Origin: an uncultured Chloroflexia bacterium
GTDB taxonomy: Bacteria; Chloroflexota; Anaerolineae; JAAYZQ01
Direction: 5' to 3'
Assembly: GCA_963700285.1 (NCBI GenBank)
Contig: CAVOXA010000005.1
Location: forward strand, 160,001-224,000
Length of the DNA stretch: 64,000 nucleotides
Each line of letters opens with the position of its first letter. Positions within the stretch are counted from its first letter, which is position 1. Under the pieces are notes generated by a model. It did no database searches and had not been told where the DNA came from. It saw only the letters and a program-made list of their open reading frames with translations. Below, piece after piece: positions 38,670-48,525 of the stretch. The position numbers and the translations under genes are program-made.

Positions 38670-40755
38670 TCACCGAAGCACCTGGCGGATGCCGGCGATG
38701 ATGGACTCTACGTTGGGAATCGCCGCGTCTTCCAGGGTTTCGCTCATGGGCACAGGTACGTCGGCCGCTGCCACGCGCACCACCGGCGCGTCCAGCCAGT
38801 CGAAGACCTCCTCCTGGATGCGCATGGCCAGCTCGCTGATAAAGGAGCCGGTCTTGTAGGCTTCGGTGACGCCCACCACGCGCCCCGTCTTTTGCACCGA
38901 AGCGGCGATGGTCTCCATGTCCAGCGGCTTCAGGGTGCGCAGGTCGATGACCTCGACGCTGATGCCCTCCTCGGCCAGCTTTTCGGCCGCTTCCAGGGCG
39001 CGGTGCACCATGCGCGAGTAGGTGACCACCGTCACGTCGGTGCCCTCACGCTTCACGTCGGCCACGCCGTAAGGGAATGACATAATCCTCCTCGGGCACG
39101 TAGCCCTCGACGCCGTAGAGCATCTTGTGTTCGATGAACATGACCGGGTTGTCGTCGCGGATGGCCGCCTTGAGCAGTCCCTTGGCGTCGTAAGGGCGTG
39201 CTGGGCATGACGACATAGATGCCGGGAAAGTGGGTCCACAGGGCTTCCAGGCTCTGGGAGTGGTGGGCGGCGATGCTCCGCCCGGCGCCGCCCTCGGTGC
39301 GGATGACCATGGGCACGATGGTCTTGCCGCCAAACATGTAGCGGTTCTTGGCTCCCTGGTTGGCGATCTGGTCCATGGCCAGCGGCGTAAAGTCGACGTA
39401 CATGATCTCGGCGATGGGCCGCATGCCGGCCATGGCCGCGCCCACGGCCGCGCCGCCGATGGTCGCCTCGGAGATGGGCGTGTCGCGCACGCGCTCCGCA
39501 CCGAACTCGTCGAACAGGCCCTCGCGTGGCGCCATAGGCGCCGCCATAGAGGCCCACATCCTCGCCCATGATGAACACGCTGGGATCGCGCTGCATCTCC
39601 TCCCGCGGCCGCCTCCCGAGCGCCTCACGATAGCAGGATCTTGCGCGTGCCCGGCCCGCCAGCGCGGCATCTCTCGCGGAGCTCTCGCTCCTTGGCATAG
39701 TCCGCCTCAGTCCACTTGAAGGGCGCGTAGACAAAGTCCTCCAGCTCCTCGGCGGGCGGGCATGGCCGAATCGAGGGCAAACTCGGTCGCCGTCGTCAAT
39801 GGCGTCTTCGACCCGCTACCTCGAGCGCATCGATCTCCTCCTGGGTGCAGACGCCCGTCTCCACCAGCCAGGCGGCAAAGTTGGGGATGGGATCGCGGGC
39901 CTTCCAGGCGGCTTCCTCCTCCTTGGTGCGGTAGGCACGTGGGTCGGAGCGGGAGTGGCCATACCAGCGATAGGCCTGGCACTCGATGAGGGAGGGGCCT
40001 TCGCCCCGGCGGGCGCGCTCGACGGCCTGGCCGACCGCCTCGCGGACCGCCAGCACATCCATGCCGTCCACCACCACACCGGGCATGTCGTAGGCGCAGG
40101 CCCGGTCGGCGATGTCCAGCTTGGCCGCGGCCTTTTCCAGAGGGCACCGACATGCCGTACAGGTTGTTTTCCACGATGTAGACGACGGGCAGGTTCCACA
40201 GCCCGGCCATGTTCAGCGACTCGTGAAAGTTGCCGGTCTGCGACGCGCCGTCGCCAAAGAAGCAGAGGACGACCCGGTCGGTGCCCTGCATCTGCTGCGC
40301 CAGCGCCGGCGCCGGTGGCCACCGGGATGTTGCCGCCCACGATGCCGGTGGCGCCCAGGTTGCCCTTCTCCACGTCGGCGATGTGCATCGAGCCACCCCG
40401 GCCCAGGCAGTAGCCGGTCTCGCGGCCGCACAGCTCGGCCATCATCTTGTCATAGTGTTCCTGCTTGGCCTCTTCGGTCTTGGCGATGACTGCGCCCCGG
40501 GCGTGGCAGTGCCCGTGGCCGCGGTGGGTGCTGGTGATCAGATCGTCGTCGCGCAGGACCGAGATGGCGCCGACGGCGACGGCCTCCTCGCCGGCGTAGA
40601 GGTGTGAGGCGCCCTTGATGATGTTGCGCCCCAGCAGGTCGTAGACCCGGTCTTCGAACATGCGGATCTCCCACATCTGTCGCAGCAGGTCCAGGGCCTG
40701 TTCTTTGCTCAGTCCATGGTGCTTCTGAAAGCAGTTTGGTTCTCTCTTCAGCCAT
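38670..40755 (-). CDS. TPP-dependent acetoin/pyruvate-dehydrogenase-like E1, alpha and beta apparently fused, several 1-nt frameshifts
   Basis: Alpha: [25 protein letters not shown]. Beta: [19 protein letters not shown]. An open linker joins them. Confidence 0.8.
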
Positions 40756-40774
40756 TGTTCTCTCCTTGCTCTCA

Positions 40775-41946
40775 CTGTGGATTTGCTGTACAAATTGGAT
40801 GATTCCTCGCTTGCCATTGATCAACCAGGTGGGATCCTCTTCCGCCAGCGCTTCCGCTTGACCAGGCGCCAGACCCACCATGATTTCTCCCTTCAGCGTG
40901 CGCAACACCAGCAAGGGCGCTGGGAAGTAGTTGGCAACCTCTTCCATCGCGCTGTATCGTGCGGCCAGTGGCGATCGTCCAGCAACCGCCGGTAGTTTAC
41001 GTCCCCTTTGAGAATCACCAGGTCGGATGAACTCAGTTCCGCGCGCAAAGGCGCCGGCATCTGGTCGAACATCAGGCACTGAAGTCCAAAAGGGGTCGTC
41101 TTCAAGTCCGAGCGCGCCAGCAGCCAGATGCCGGGCCAGGCGCTCTCCCAGTGGTTCTGCCGGTAGTAGTGCCAAAAGGTGCCGCACGTCCTGGGGCATT
41201 GCATCGGAGACAAAGAAGGGCCGGCTCTTGAGGTGAAAGACCACCCTGCGCGTCCAGCCTTGCTTCAGTAGAAAACTGGCGAATGCCAGGTCAAAGAGCA
41301 GCTCCAGCCCGGCGTTGTCATTGATGAAATCGATGCGGCCCACACCGGCTGACAGCAGGCCGGCCACCTTTTTCGTGTGATCGATGAGGATGTTGTGGCG
41401 CTCCCTTCGGGTGGCCAGACCTCCCTGGGCCTGCTCGCGAATGGTACTATTGCTCAGATCGGCGCGATTGCCCCACAGGCAGGAATGGAGGTAGGCCACA
41501 AAGAGCTCATCTGGCGCGGCGCCGGGAAACTGTCCCCAGTTGGCTGCCAACCAGGCCACGGTGGCCTGGCTCAGCTTTTGTTTCTGCAGCCCAAAAGGGT
41601 CCTGGCCCTGCCATGGGCCGGGCTCAAGGTAGCGCACCACTTCCAGCAGGCGCCGATAAAAGTAGGACTCGGCCAGATACCAGGGTAGGTCCAGCCAGGT
41701 GTTGCCCTCATAGGCAGCCAGTTCCTGGTTCCACAGTGCCGCATCCGGGTCTGATGCTGCGAGCATCTGGACCGGCTCCTGGGCGATCTCCCGCCCAAAG
41801 GCTTCCAGTGTCCATATAATGTCTATCGGATAGCCATTATCCTGGATGACCTGGGCAATGATCTGGGGCTTGCGCTCGACAATCGTGGCGCGAGCAAATG
41901 AGCCAGGCTCGGAAGTCATCAAGAGTGGCGGCTGGCCGTTATTCAC
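40775..41946 (-). CDS. ARMT1/DUF89 damage-control phosphatase, frameshifted
   Basis: LWGNRADLS, NDNAG, PFFVSD, KGDVNYRRL, RTLKGE. 3' end uncertain. Confidence 0.85.
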
Positions 41947-43426
41947 TGGCCACTTCTCTCTGGCTCAGCCGCAGGTACCGATCGTATGCTTCGTCCCAGG
42001 CGGCCGATTGTTTGGGCTCAAAGGTCGTGACCTCAAAGGAGCGGCGGACCAGGGCCCGGCCTTCGGCCAGGGACTCGATCTGGCCCAGAGCCAGGGCTTG
42101 GACCAGCACATTGCCGATGGCCGTGGCCTCTACCGGACCGGCGACGACCGTTTGGCCCGTGGCATTCGCGGCGAACTGGTTCAGCAGGCCATTCTGCGAG
42201 CCGCCACCGAATATGTGGAGTACCGGCAGCGGATGGCCGACCATCTCGGCCAGGTGTCCGGCCACCAGCCGGTACTCCATGGCCAGGCTCTCCAGCACGC
42301 AGCGAATGATCTCTCCCTTGGATTGCGGCACGACCTGACCGGTCTCCTGGCAGTAGCTCCGAATGCGGGCGGGCATGTCGCCTGGCTGCAGGAACCGGCT
42401 GTCGCTGGGAGCAATGATGGCAGCAAAGGCCGGCGCCTCCGCAGCCATGCGGGTCAGGTCGTCATAAGAATAGGCCCCGCCCGCGCGCGCCCACTCGCGC
42501 CGGCACTCCTGTACCAGCCACAGGCCCATGATATTCTTCAGAATGCGGAACGTGCCTTCGACGCCACCCTCGTTGGTCAGATTGTACTCCAGGCTTCGGC
42601 TATTGATGATCGGTTCCTTGGTTTCTACACCCATGAGCGACCACGTGCCGGAGCTGAGGTAGATGTAATCCGCACCCTGTGCGGGAACAGCCGCCACCGC
42701 GGAGCCAGTATCGTGGCCTGCCGTGGCGACAATGGGGATCGATGGGCTGCTTGTTTCCCTGGCCACCTGTGGCAGTAACTCACCCAGTACTGTGCCCGGC
42801 TGTACGATCTTGCACAAGAAAGCGGTGGGAATGCCCAGCTTTTCCAGCATGCCGCGGGCCCAGTCGCCCCGGCGGGGATCGTAGCACTGGCTTGTCGTGG
42901 CGATGGTGAACTCGCTGGCCTGGCGACCGCTCAGCCAATAGTTGAATAGGTCAGGCATGTTCAGGAAAGTTCGGGCAGCGTCCAGCAAGGGGGAGCCAGC
43001 CTGGGCCATGGCCAGCAATTGGTACAGGCTGTTGATCTGCATGAACTGGATGCCCGTCCGATCATAGATCTCGGCGCGAGGCACGATTTTGAATGCCTCT
43101 TTCATCATGCCATCGGTGCGGCTGTCACGGTAGTGGTAGGGATTGCCCAGCAGCGCACCATCTTTTGCCAGCAAGCCAAAGTCCACGCCCCAGGTATCCA
43201 GGCCAATGCTGGCGAGCTTGTGGCCGTAGGCGCTGGCAGCCTGGCCCAGGCCTTGTTTGATCTCGCTCCACAGACGCAGAACGTCCCAATGCAGGCTGCC
43301 CAAGACCTGCACGGGCCCGTTGCGGAAGCGGTGTACCTCCTCCAGGCGCAGGCGCTCGCCGTCCATGTGTCCCACCACGGCGCGCCCGCTTTCTGCACCA
43401 AGGTCAAGGGCCAGGTATTTGCTCAT
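41939..43426 (-). CDS. rhaB: Rhamnulokinase
   Basis: LALDLGAESGR, DTWGVDFG, YHYRD, SSGTWSLMG, NEGG, GPVEATAIGN. Confidence 0.9.
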   Translation of the reverse strand: MSKYLALDLGAESGRAVVGHMDGERLRLEEVHRFRNGPVQVLGSLHWDVLRLWSEIKQGLGQAASAYGHKLASIGLDTWGVDFGLLAKDGALLGNPYHYRDSRTDGMMKEAFKIVPRAEIYDRTGIQFMQINSLYQLLAMAQAGSPLLDAARTFLNMPDLFNYWLSGRQASEFTIATTSQCYDPRRGDWARGMLEKLGIPTAFLCKIVQPGTVLGELLPQVARETSSPSIPIVATAGHDTGSAVAAVPAQGADYIYLSSGTWSLMGVETKEPIINSRSLEYNLTNEGGVEGTFRILKNIMGLWLVQECRREWARAGGAYSYDDLTRMAAEAPAFAAIIAPSDSRFLQPGDMPARIRSYCQETGQVVPQSKGEIIRCVLESLAMEYRLVAGHLAEMVGHPLPVLHIFGGGSQNGLLNQFAANATGQTVVAGPVEATAIGNVLVQALALGQIESLAEGRALVRRSFEVTTFEPKQSAAWDEAYDRYLRLSQREVASE

Positions 43427-43465
43427 AATCATCCCCCACTACAGCCTGCCTCACCGGACTGGCAG

Positions 43466-44257
43466 CTAGCGCATCTCCTGGCCGCCCGTGACATTGATCG
43501 CCTGGCCGGTCATATAGCCTGCCTGCTCCGATGCCAGGAATACCACCACGTTGGTGATGTCATCGTAGGTACAGCCCCGCTTCATCGGCACCTGGTCGAC
43601 GTATTTCTGGCGGACCTCCTCCTCGGTGATCCCCCACTTTTTCGCGTACTGGCCGTAGAGCGAGTCTACCCACAGGGGCGAATCCAGCAGGTTGCCAGGG
43701 CATATGGCGTTGGCCCGTACGCCATACTCGGCCAGCTCCAGCGCGATGCTCTGGGTCAGACCAATGCCGCCGAACTTGGAGGCTGCGTAGGCGGAATTCT
43801 TGTAGCTGCCCTTCTTGCCCGATTTGGAGTTGATCTGGATGATGCTCCCGCTGCGCTGGCCCTTCATTACGCGCGCTGCGTGCTTGGCGCAGAGAAAATA
43901 ACCAACCAGGTTGACGTCGATCACCGCTCGCCACTTTTCGACCTGGAATTCGTCCACAGCCCCGGCGAGTAGAATGCCGGCGTTGGAGACCAGGATGTCC
44001 AGCCGGCCAAACTCGTCCACTGCGCGGTCGACCATGGCCTGGACTTGGTCCTCGTCGGTGACGTTTACGCCGATGCCGATGGCGCGATGGCCCGTCTGGG
44101 TCAGGATCTCGCTTGCTGTGTGCTCCGCGCCTTCCTGATTCAGATCGGCGACAACCACGTGAGCGCCTTCGCTGGCCAGCCGCAGGCAGATGGCCGCACC
44201 CAGCCCCTGCGCTCCCCCGGTCACCACCGCGATCTTGCCCTCCAAGACTCTGCCCAT
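43466..44257 (-). CDS. Sorbitol-6-phosphate-dehydrogenase-like SDR
   Basis: TGGAQGLG, IQINSKSGKKGSYKNSAYAASKFGG, GNLLDSPL, TGQAINVTGG (SrlD/SorD-like). Confidence 0.85.
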   Translation of the reverse strand: MGRVLEGKIAVVTGGAQGLGAAICLRLASEGAHVVVADLNQEGAEHTASEILTQTGHRAIGIGVNVTDEDQVQAMVDRAVDEFGRLDILVSNAGILLAGAVDEFQVEKWRAVIDVNLVGYFLCAKHAARVMKGQRSGSIIQINSKSGKKGSYKNSAYAASKFGGIGLTQSIALELAEYGVRANAICPGNLLDSPLWVDSLYGQYAKKWGITEEEVRQKYVDQVPMKRGCTYDDITNVVVFLASEQAGYMTGQAINVTGGQEMR

Positions 44258-44318
44258 TCCGTTCACTCCTTACCTATCACGCAGCACGTATTACGCACCA
44301 CGCAATACGCACCACGCC

Positions 44319-46091
44319 TCACGGCAGCATCTGCCTCAGGAATTCCTCTTCCGCTTCCACCGTCCACTCGCGCCCATCGCGCAGCTTGGCATAGACACTG
44401 GGCAGTGTTTCCTGGAGATCGGCCAGCGCGGTGAGGGGCATCTCTTTGATGTTGGGAAAGATGACGACCTTGCCCGGGAATGCGGTGTCTTGCACGGCCT
44501 GGAGGCCATCCCGGGCGGCACCCAGTGAGCCAATGGCGGCGACGGACCGGTTGGGCGACAGTTGCCCAGACTCGGCTTGGCCCAACATCAGCCGCAGGTC
44601 GTCGATGGTGGAGGCCGAGTGCCCGATGACGCGGGCGTCCTTGATAAAGGTGTCGCTCAGATCGAGATCGACCATCGTGCCCCGGGCCACACCGGCAAAG
44701 ACATTCATCACGCCCCCGGCAGCCAGATAGGTGGCCGCGTCGGCAATGACCGCCGGCACGGGCGCCAGCACAATGATGTCGTCAAAGCCGGCATTGTCGC
44801 CGGTCGCCTTGAAGCGGGCCATGCCGGCCTCGTAGCCATCCCGGTTCAGGGGGTTGAGACAGAGCCAGTCGATGCCCTTGGCCTCCGCTTCCGCGGCAAA
44901 GCTGGTGCACAGGTCATCCAGGCGCAGGTCGCTGACATCGGTGCAGACGATGGTCCCCGGACCATCGTGGGCTTGGATGGCCCGTTGGACGTGCATCCTG
45001 CCCATCGGCCCGCCGGCTCCCACGAACCAGGTTCGTCCGCCCGGTTTGAGCGAGGACCGTACCGGCACGTCGTTGTAGGCCCTGGCGATGTCGGGCTTGC
45101 ATCCGCCTACATAGACCCAGCGGTTATAGTGCACGCGCCCCACGTCCACGGACACCTTGCGCGACAGGGGGGTGTCGGCGATGATGGCCACGACACCGAG
45201 GTCAGCCAGATGGGGGCTGACGGTCTCGATGACATCGGCGTCTGCGCCCAGAACGACAACATCGTCCACGGGGGTCACCAGTGGCGTAGCCAGGTCCTCA
45301 ACTTGCAGTACCTCTATACCCAGAGCGGCTGCGCGTTGAGCAAGCCAGAGGGAAAAGCCAGCGGGAACATTACTCAATAGCAGGCGGCTGGGGTGCGACT
45401 TGGCGTCAAAACCGGCGCTGATGGTATAAGCTGGCTCCAGAGCAGAGCCAAGGCTAAGGTCCGCCGCAGGGTCCGCAGTGATCTGGTTCGAGGCGCCAAT
45501 GATCCAGGTCGTACCGCCGGCTTTAAGCCCGGTACGATAGGTCAGTCCATAGGCGGCGATCACGCAGGCCCAGGGTTCGGTCAGCGCAGATTCGGCATAG
45601 CCCGTATCGTCCTGGACGGGAATCAAATAGTTGCCGTCGTCGCCGTCCAGGATGCGTTGGTCAATGACCCCATACTGGGACAGACCGCCCTGGATCTCGT
45701 AGCCATAGGCATAGCCGATGCCGTCGACAAAGATATCAGCCTGGATGATAAAGCGGTCACCGACGTGGTACTGGTTGCGCAGGTTTTCGCCTACGCCGAC
45801 CACGGTCAGGCTCACCTCGTGGCCCAGTGTCACAGGATCGGCCCGCATGTCGCGATAGATGCGAGGGTGATCGGGGCCAAGGCGGATGACCTTGATGTCG
45901 GAGAAGCATAGTCCGGTGGCATCATGGCGTACGAGCAACTCGTCGGGGCCGTACTCGGGCATCGGGACCACGATGGGCTGTGAATTTTCGCCCAGGTTCT
46001 CCAATCCTGCTCCGTAGAGGGGCCAGAGGCGGTTTTGGTCGGGCAGTGCTACACTGGCGGTCCTGTACCTAGTTAGTTTGTCCTCTGTCAT
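44319..46091 (-). CDS. Zn-dependent MDR, L-sorbose-1-P-reductase-like, elongated (590 aa)
   Basis: LYGAG, GLCFSD, GHE, EPWACV, GAGGPMG. Confidence 0.8.
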   Translation of the reverse strand: MTEDKLTRYRTASVALPDQNRLWPLYGAGLENLGENSQPIVVPMPEYGPDELLVRHDATGLCFSDIKVIRLGPDHPRIYRDMRADPVTLGHEVSLTVVGVGENLRNQYHVGDRFIIQADIFVDGIGYAYGYEIQGGLSQYGVIDQRILDGDDGNYLIPVQDDTGYAESALTEPWACVIAAYGLTYRTGLKAGGTTWIIGASNQITADPAADLSLGSALEPAYTISAGFDAKSHPSRLLLSNVPAGFSLWLAQRAAALGIEVLQVEDLATPLVTPVDDVVVLGADADVIETVSPHLADLGVVAIIADTPLSRKVSVDVGRVHYNRWVYVGGCKPDIARAYNDVPVRSSLKPGGRTWFVGAGGPMGRMHVQRAIQAHDGPGTIVCTDVSDLRLDDLCTSFAAEAEAKGIDWLCLNPLNRDGYEAGMARFKATGDNAGFDDIIVLAPVPAVIADAATYLAAGGVMNVFAGVARGTMVDLDLSDTFIKDARVIGHSASTIDDLRLMLGQAESGQLSPNRSVAAIGSLGAARDGLQAVQDTAFPGKVVIFPNIKEMPLTALADLQETLPSVYAKLRDGREWTVEAEEEFLRQMLP

Positions 46092-46142
46092 GGCTATGTG
46101 CTCCTAATCTGATCTTGTCCCACCCCTACTGGCATGTGGCTG

Positions 46143-47498
46143 TCAGCTCCGCAGGCCGGACAGGAACCTGGCCGGGGGCTGTGCTGGATCCATCTGCCCA
46201 AGACGCTCCACACTGGCGCTCCCGGGCGGGATCAGGCGACCGGCCTTTGAATAGAACTCGTTGCGCTGGCGCCGAGCGGGAAGGTAGGCTGCGGCCCACT
46301 CGCTCTGGTAGCCCAGTCTGAGGGTTCGCTGCAGCATGGTGTGGCCATAGATGAAATAGGCCCCATCCAGGAAGGACTGGCGCACGGGCGCCAGCTCCGG
46401 CGCATCAAAGTCATCGACGAGCTTCTGGCCAAAGCTGTTCAACTCGGTGCCAATGTTCAGGGGCAGGTCCCGCTCCTGGGCCAGCTCGACCACGCGGTAG
46501 AGGTTCTGCACCTTCCGGCGGCGCGTTTCCGGATCCTGGATGTTCCAATTGCGATCGGGAATGATGTTTAGGGCTACCACGCCCTTGTCGATCAGGAAAC
46601 CCAGCCAGTCCTCCATGGCCTCTTCGGTGGCCGTGGTCCCGTCCAGGAAGGCGCAGCAGGGCAGGGCGCCGCTGGCCACGATCAACTCGTGGAAGGATTC
46701 AAGGGTGGGAAACATGCCCGAATCGGGCTGGACATAGCCCACACCGCCGCGTTTCATCAGTTTGGCGCGGATCAGATTCTGGAAGGCCGCCGAATCGCAC
46801 AAGATGGCGGTCACCTCATCGGCTGCGACGCCCAGCTTGCCGGCCCAGAATACCGCCGGGTCGGGAACCATTCGCTCCGCGGCCCGGACGTAGGCCAGAA
46901 CCATGTGCCGCTCGGTAGGATTGCCCGCCGGGGTCAGGGGCTGGACGTCGCGCTCATAGTCAACGGTGACCGGATCGAGGTAGGCGTTGACCCGGGCCAG
47001 GATGCCGCGGTTGCGCTCAGCCGCCCGCTGGCCCAGGCCGGCCAGGATGGTGGCGACGGCCTTGGGCACCTGGCTGGTGGTAAAGCCAATGCCCATGTGA
47101 TAGCAGACCCCAGGCTCGCCTGGCGAGTTGATCTCTTTGGTTCCATACTCGGGCACAAAGACGCGTGACTCGATGCCGGCGCTGCCCCGTACACCCAGGG
47201 TCTCACAAGCGCCCAGGAATTCGTCCACGCCCTTGAGCACGTCAAAGTCCACAATGCCGGCCGCCCTGAATCCTTGCTGCTTGGCCAGCCAGGCCAGCGA
47301 CGCCGGCGAGTGACCCAGCGCATTGAAGGAAAAAAAAGTGTGGAGGTGCATGTTGACCACATCGGTCTCTGGCTCCAGCCGGATCCTCCCTTTTTTGGTG
47401 AGGAGCGCCAATTCCTCGAGGCTCTCGCTTCGAAGGCTGGGGTCATAGCTATCCAGATGCGTCTCAAGTTCGCCGACTCGTTCCATGGCCTCTGTCAT
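46143..47498 (-). CDS. PHP-like metal-binding protein of unknown function
   Basis: NMHLHTFFS, GIVDFD, GIE, YHMG, ERH. Confidence 0.65.
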   Translation of the reverse strand: MTEAMERVGELETHLDSYDPSLRSESLEELALLTKKGRIRLEPETDVVNMHLHTFFSFNALGHSPASLAWLAKQQGFRAAGIVDFDVLKGVDEFLGACETLGVRGSAGIESRVFVPEYGTKEINSPGEPGVCYHMGIGFTTSQVPKAVATILAGLGQRAAERNRGILARVNAYLDPVTVDYERDVQPLTPAGNPTERHMVLAYVRAAERMVPDPAVFWAGKLGVAADEVTAILCDSAAFQNLIRAKLMKRGGVGYVQPDSGMFPTLESFHELIVASGALPCCAFLDGTTATEEAMEDWLGFLIDKGVVALNIIPDRNWNIQDPETRRRKVQNLYRVVELAQERDLPLNIGTELNSFGQKLVDDFDAPELAPVRQSFLDGAYFIYGHTMLQRTLRLGYQSEWAAAYLPARRQRNEFYSKAGRLIPPGSASVERLGQMDPAQPPARFLSGLRS

Positions 47499-47517
47499 CC
47501 CTCTTCCATCCAAGGCT

Positions 47518-48297
47518 TCATACCAATTCTACCTCTATCCTTTGCTGGCGCAGGGCAGCGATCATCTCTGGCGGCGCGGCGCTATCGGTGATCACCTGGT
47601 CCAACTGATCCACAGAGGCCAGCGAGGCAAAGGTGACCTGGCCCCATTTGCTGCTATCCACGACGGCGATGACTTTTTTGGACCGTTCGACCATGCGCTG
47701 CTTCAGTTCGACCTCGTACTGACTGGTGTCGGTCAGACCTTCCTCCAGGGTGAAGCCACCGGCGCTAAAGAAGCCTTTCTGCACGTGATAGCGCTCCAGG
47801 ATGCAGGCACCCTCATCACCCACCAGCGAGGCGGAGGCGGCGCGCAGCGTGCCCCCAGGCATGACGACGGTGACGCCTGGCGAATCAACGAACTCGAGGG
47901 CGGTGAACAGGCCATTGGTCACCACGGTCAGCTCATGGCGGTCCTTGAGATGGCAGGCTACCTGCCAGGCGGTCGTGCTTGCATCGAGGGCAATGGCGTC
48001 GCCGTCGCGGACCAGCGCAGCGGCTGCCTGCCCTATCCGCTGCTTCTCGGACAGGTGCAGCTCTTTGCGCAAGGCAAAGGCAGGGAGGTCCGCTGTGTGG
48101 TTGTTCCTGAGGACGGCGCCGCCGTGGGTGCGTACCAACCGGCTCTGCTGGTACAGGGTGGCCAGGTCGTTGCGAATGGTAACGGCGGAGACATCGAACC
48201 TGTCGCTGAGTTCAGAGACGGAGACGCGCCCTTGATCCTGGAGGATGGCCAGGATCTGATCCAGTCGCTCTTGAAGGTAAAGCTTCTCCGACATCAC
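47518..48297 (-). CDS. DeoR/GlpR family transcriptional regulator
   Basis: VSAVTIRNDL, RTHGGA, LDASTT, VVTNG, DSSK. Confidence 0.95.
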   Translation of the reverse strand: MMSEKLYLQERLDQILAILQDQGRVSVSELSDRFDVSAVTIRNDLATLYQQSRLVRTHGGAVLRNNHTADLPAFALRKELHLSEKQRIGQAAAALVRDGDAIALDASTTAWQVACHLKDRHELTVVTNGLFTALEFVDSPGVTVVMPGGTLRAASASLVGDEGACILERYHVQKGFFSAGGFTLEEGLTDTSQYEVELKQRMVERSKKVIAVVDSSKWGQVTFASLASVDQLDQVITDSAAPPEMIAALRQQRIEVELV

Positions 48298-48304
48298 CCG
48301 TGGG

Positions 48305-48379
48305 CTTTCATTTACTTTCGAATAATAGTGTTACTCTTTCAATTTCCGGAATGGTACCACAGAACGAAAGCGGTGTCAA
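48305..48379 (-). promoter_or_regulatory. Promoter of the deoR sub-operon with putative direct-repeat operator
   Basis: TTGACA-17 nt-TACCAT (48379-48351) with extended -10. Three GAAAG repeats downstream. Confidence 0.7.
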
Positions 48380-48525
48380 AGGCGAGTCGGGCCAATGACA
48401 GCCAGCCCGCATACCGGGAGGTCCTTGCAGGCTGGGAGCGGTTGCTGCGCTCTCTGCTTGAGTAACTGCTGCTGCCAGATTGCTGTCTTGGTGCTACAAG
48501 GTCAAGATGCCGGTGCTCCGGTGGC

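Noticed and set aside
40450-41946. ARMT1 phosphatase fused to E1 alpha
   Set aside because: E1 has its own AAGGAG RBS and ATG at 40755 and the region is indel-rich. Readthrough is not trusted.
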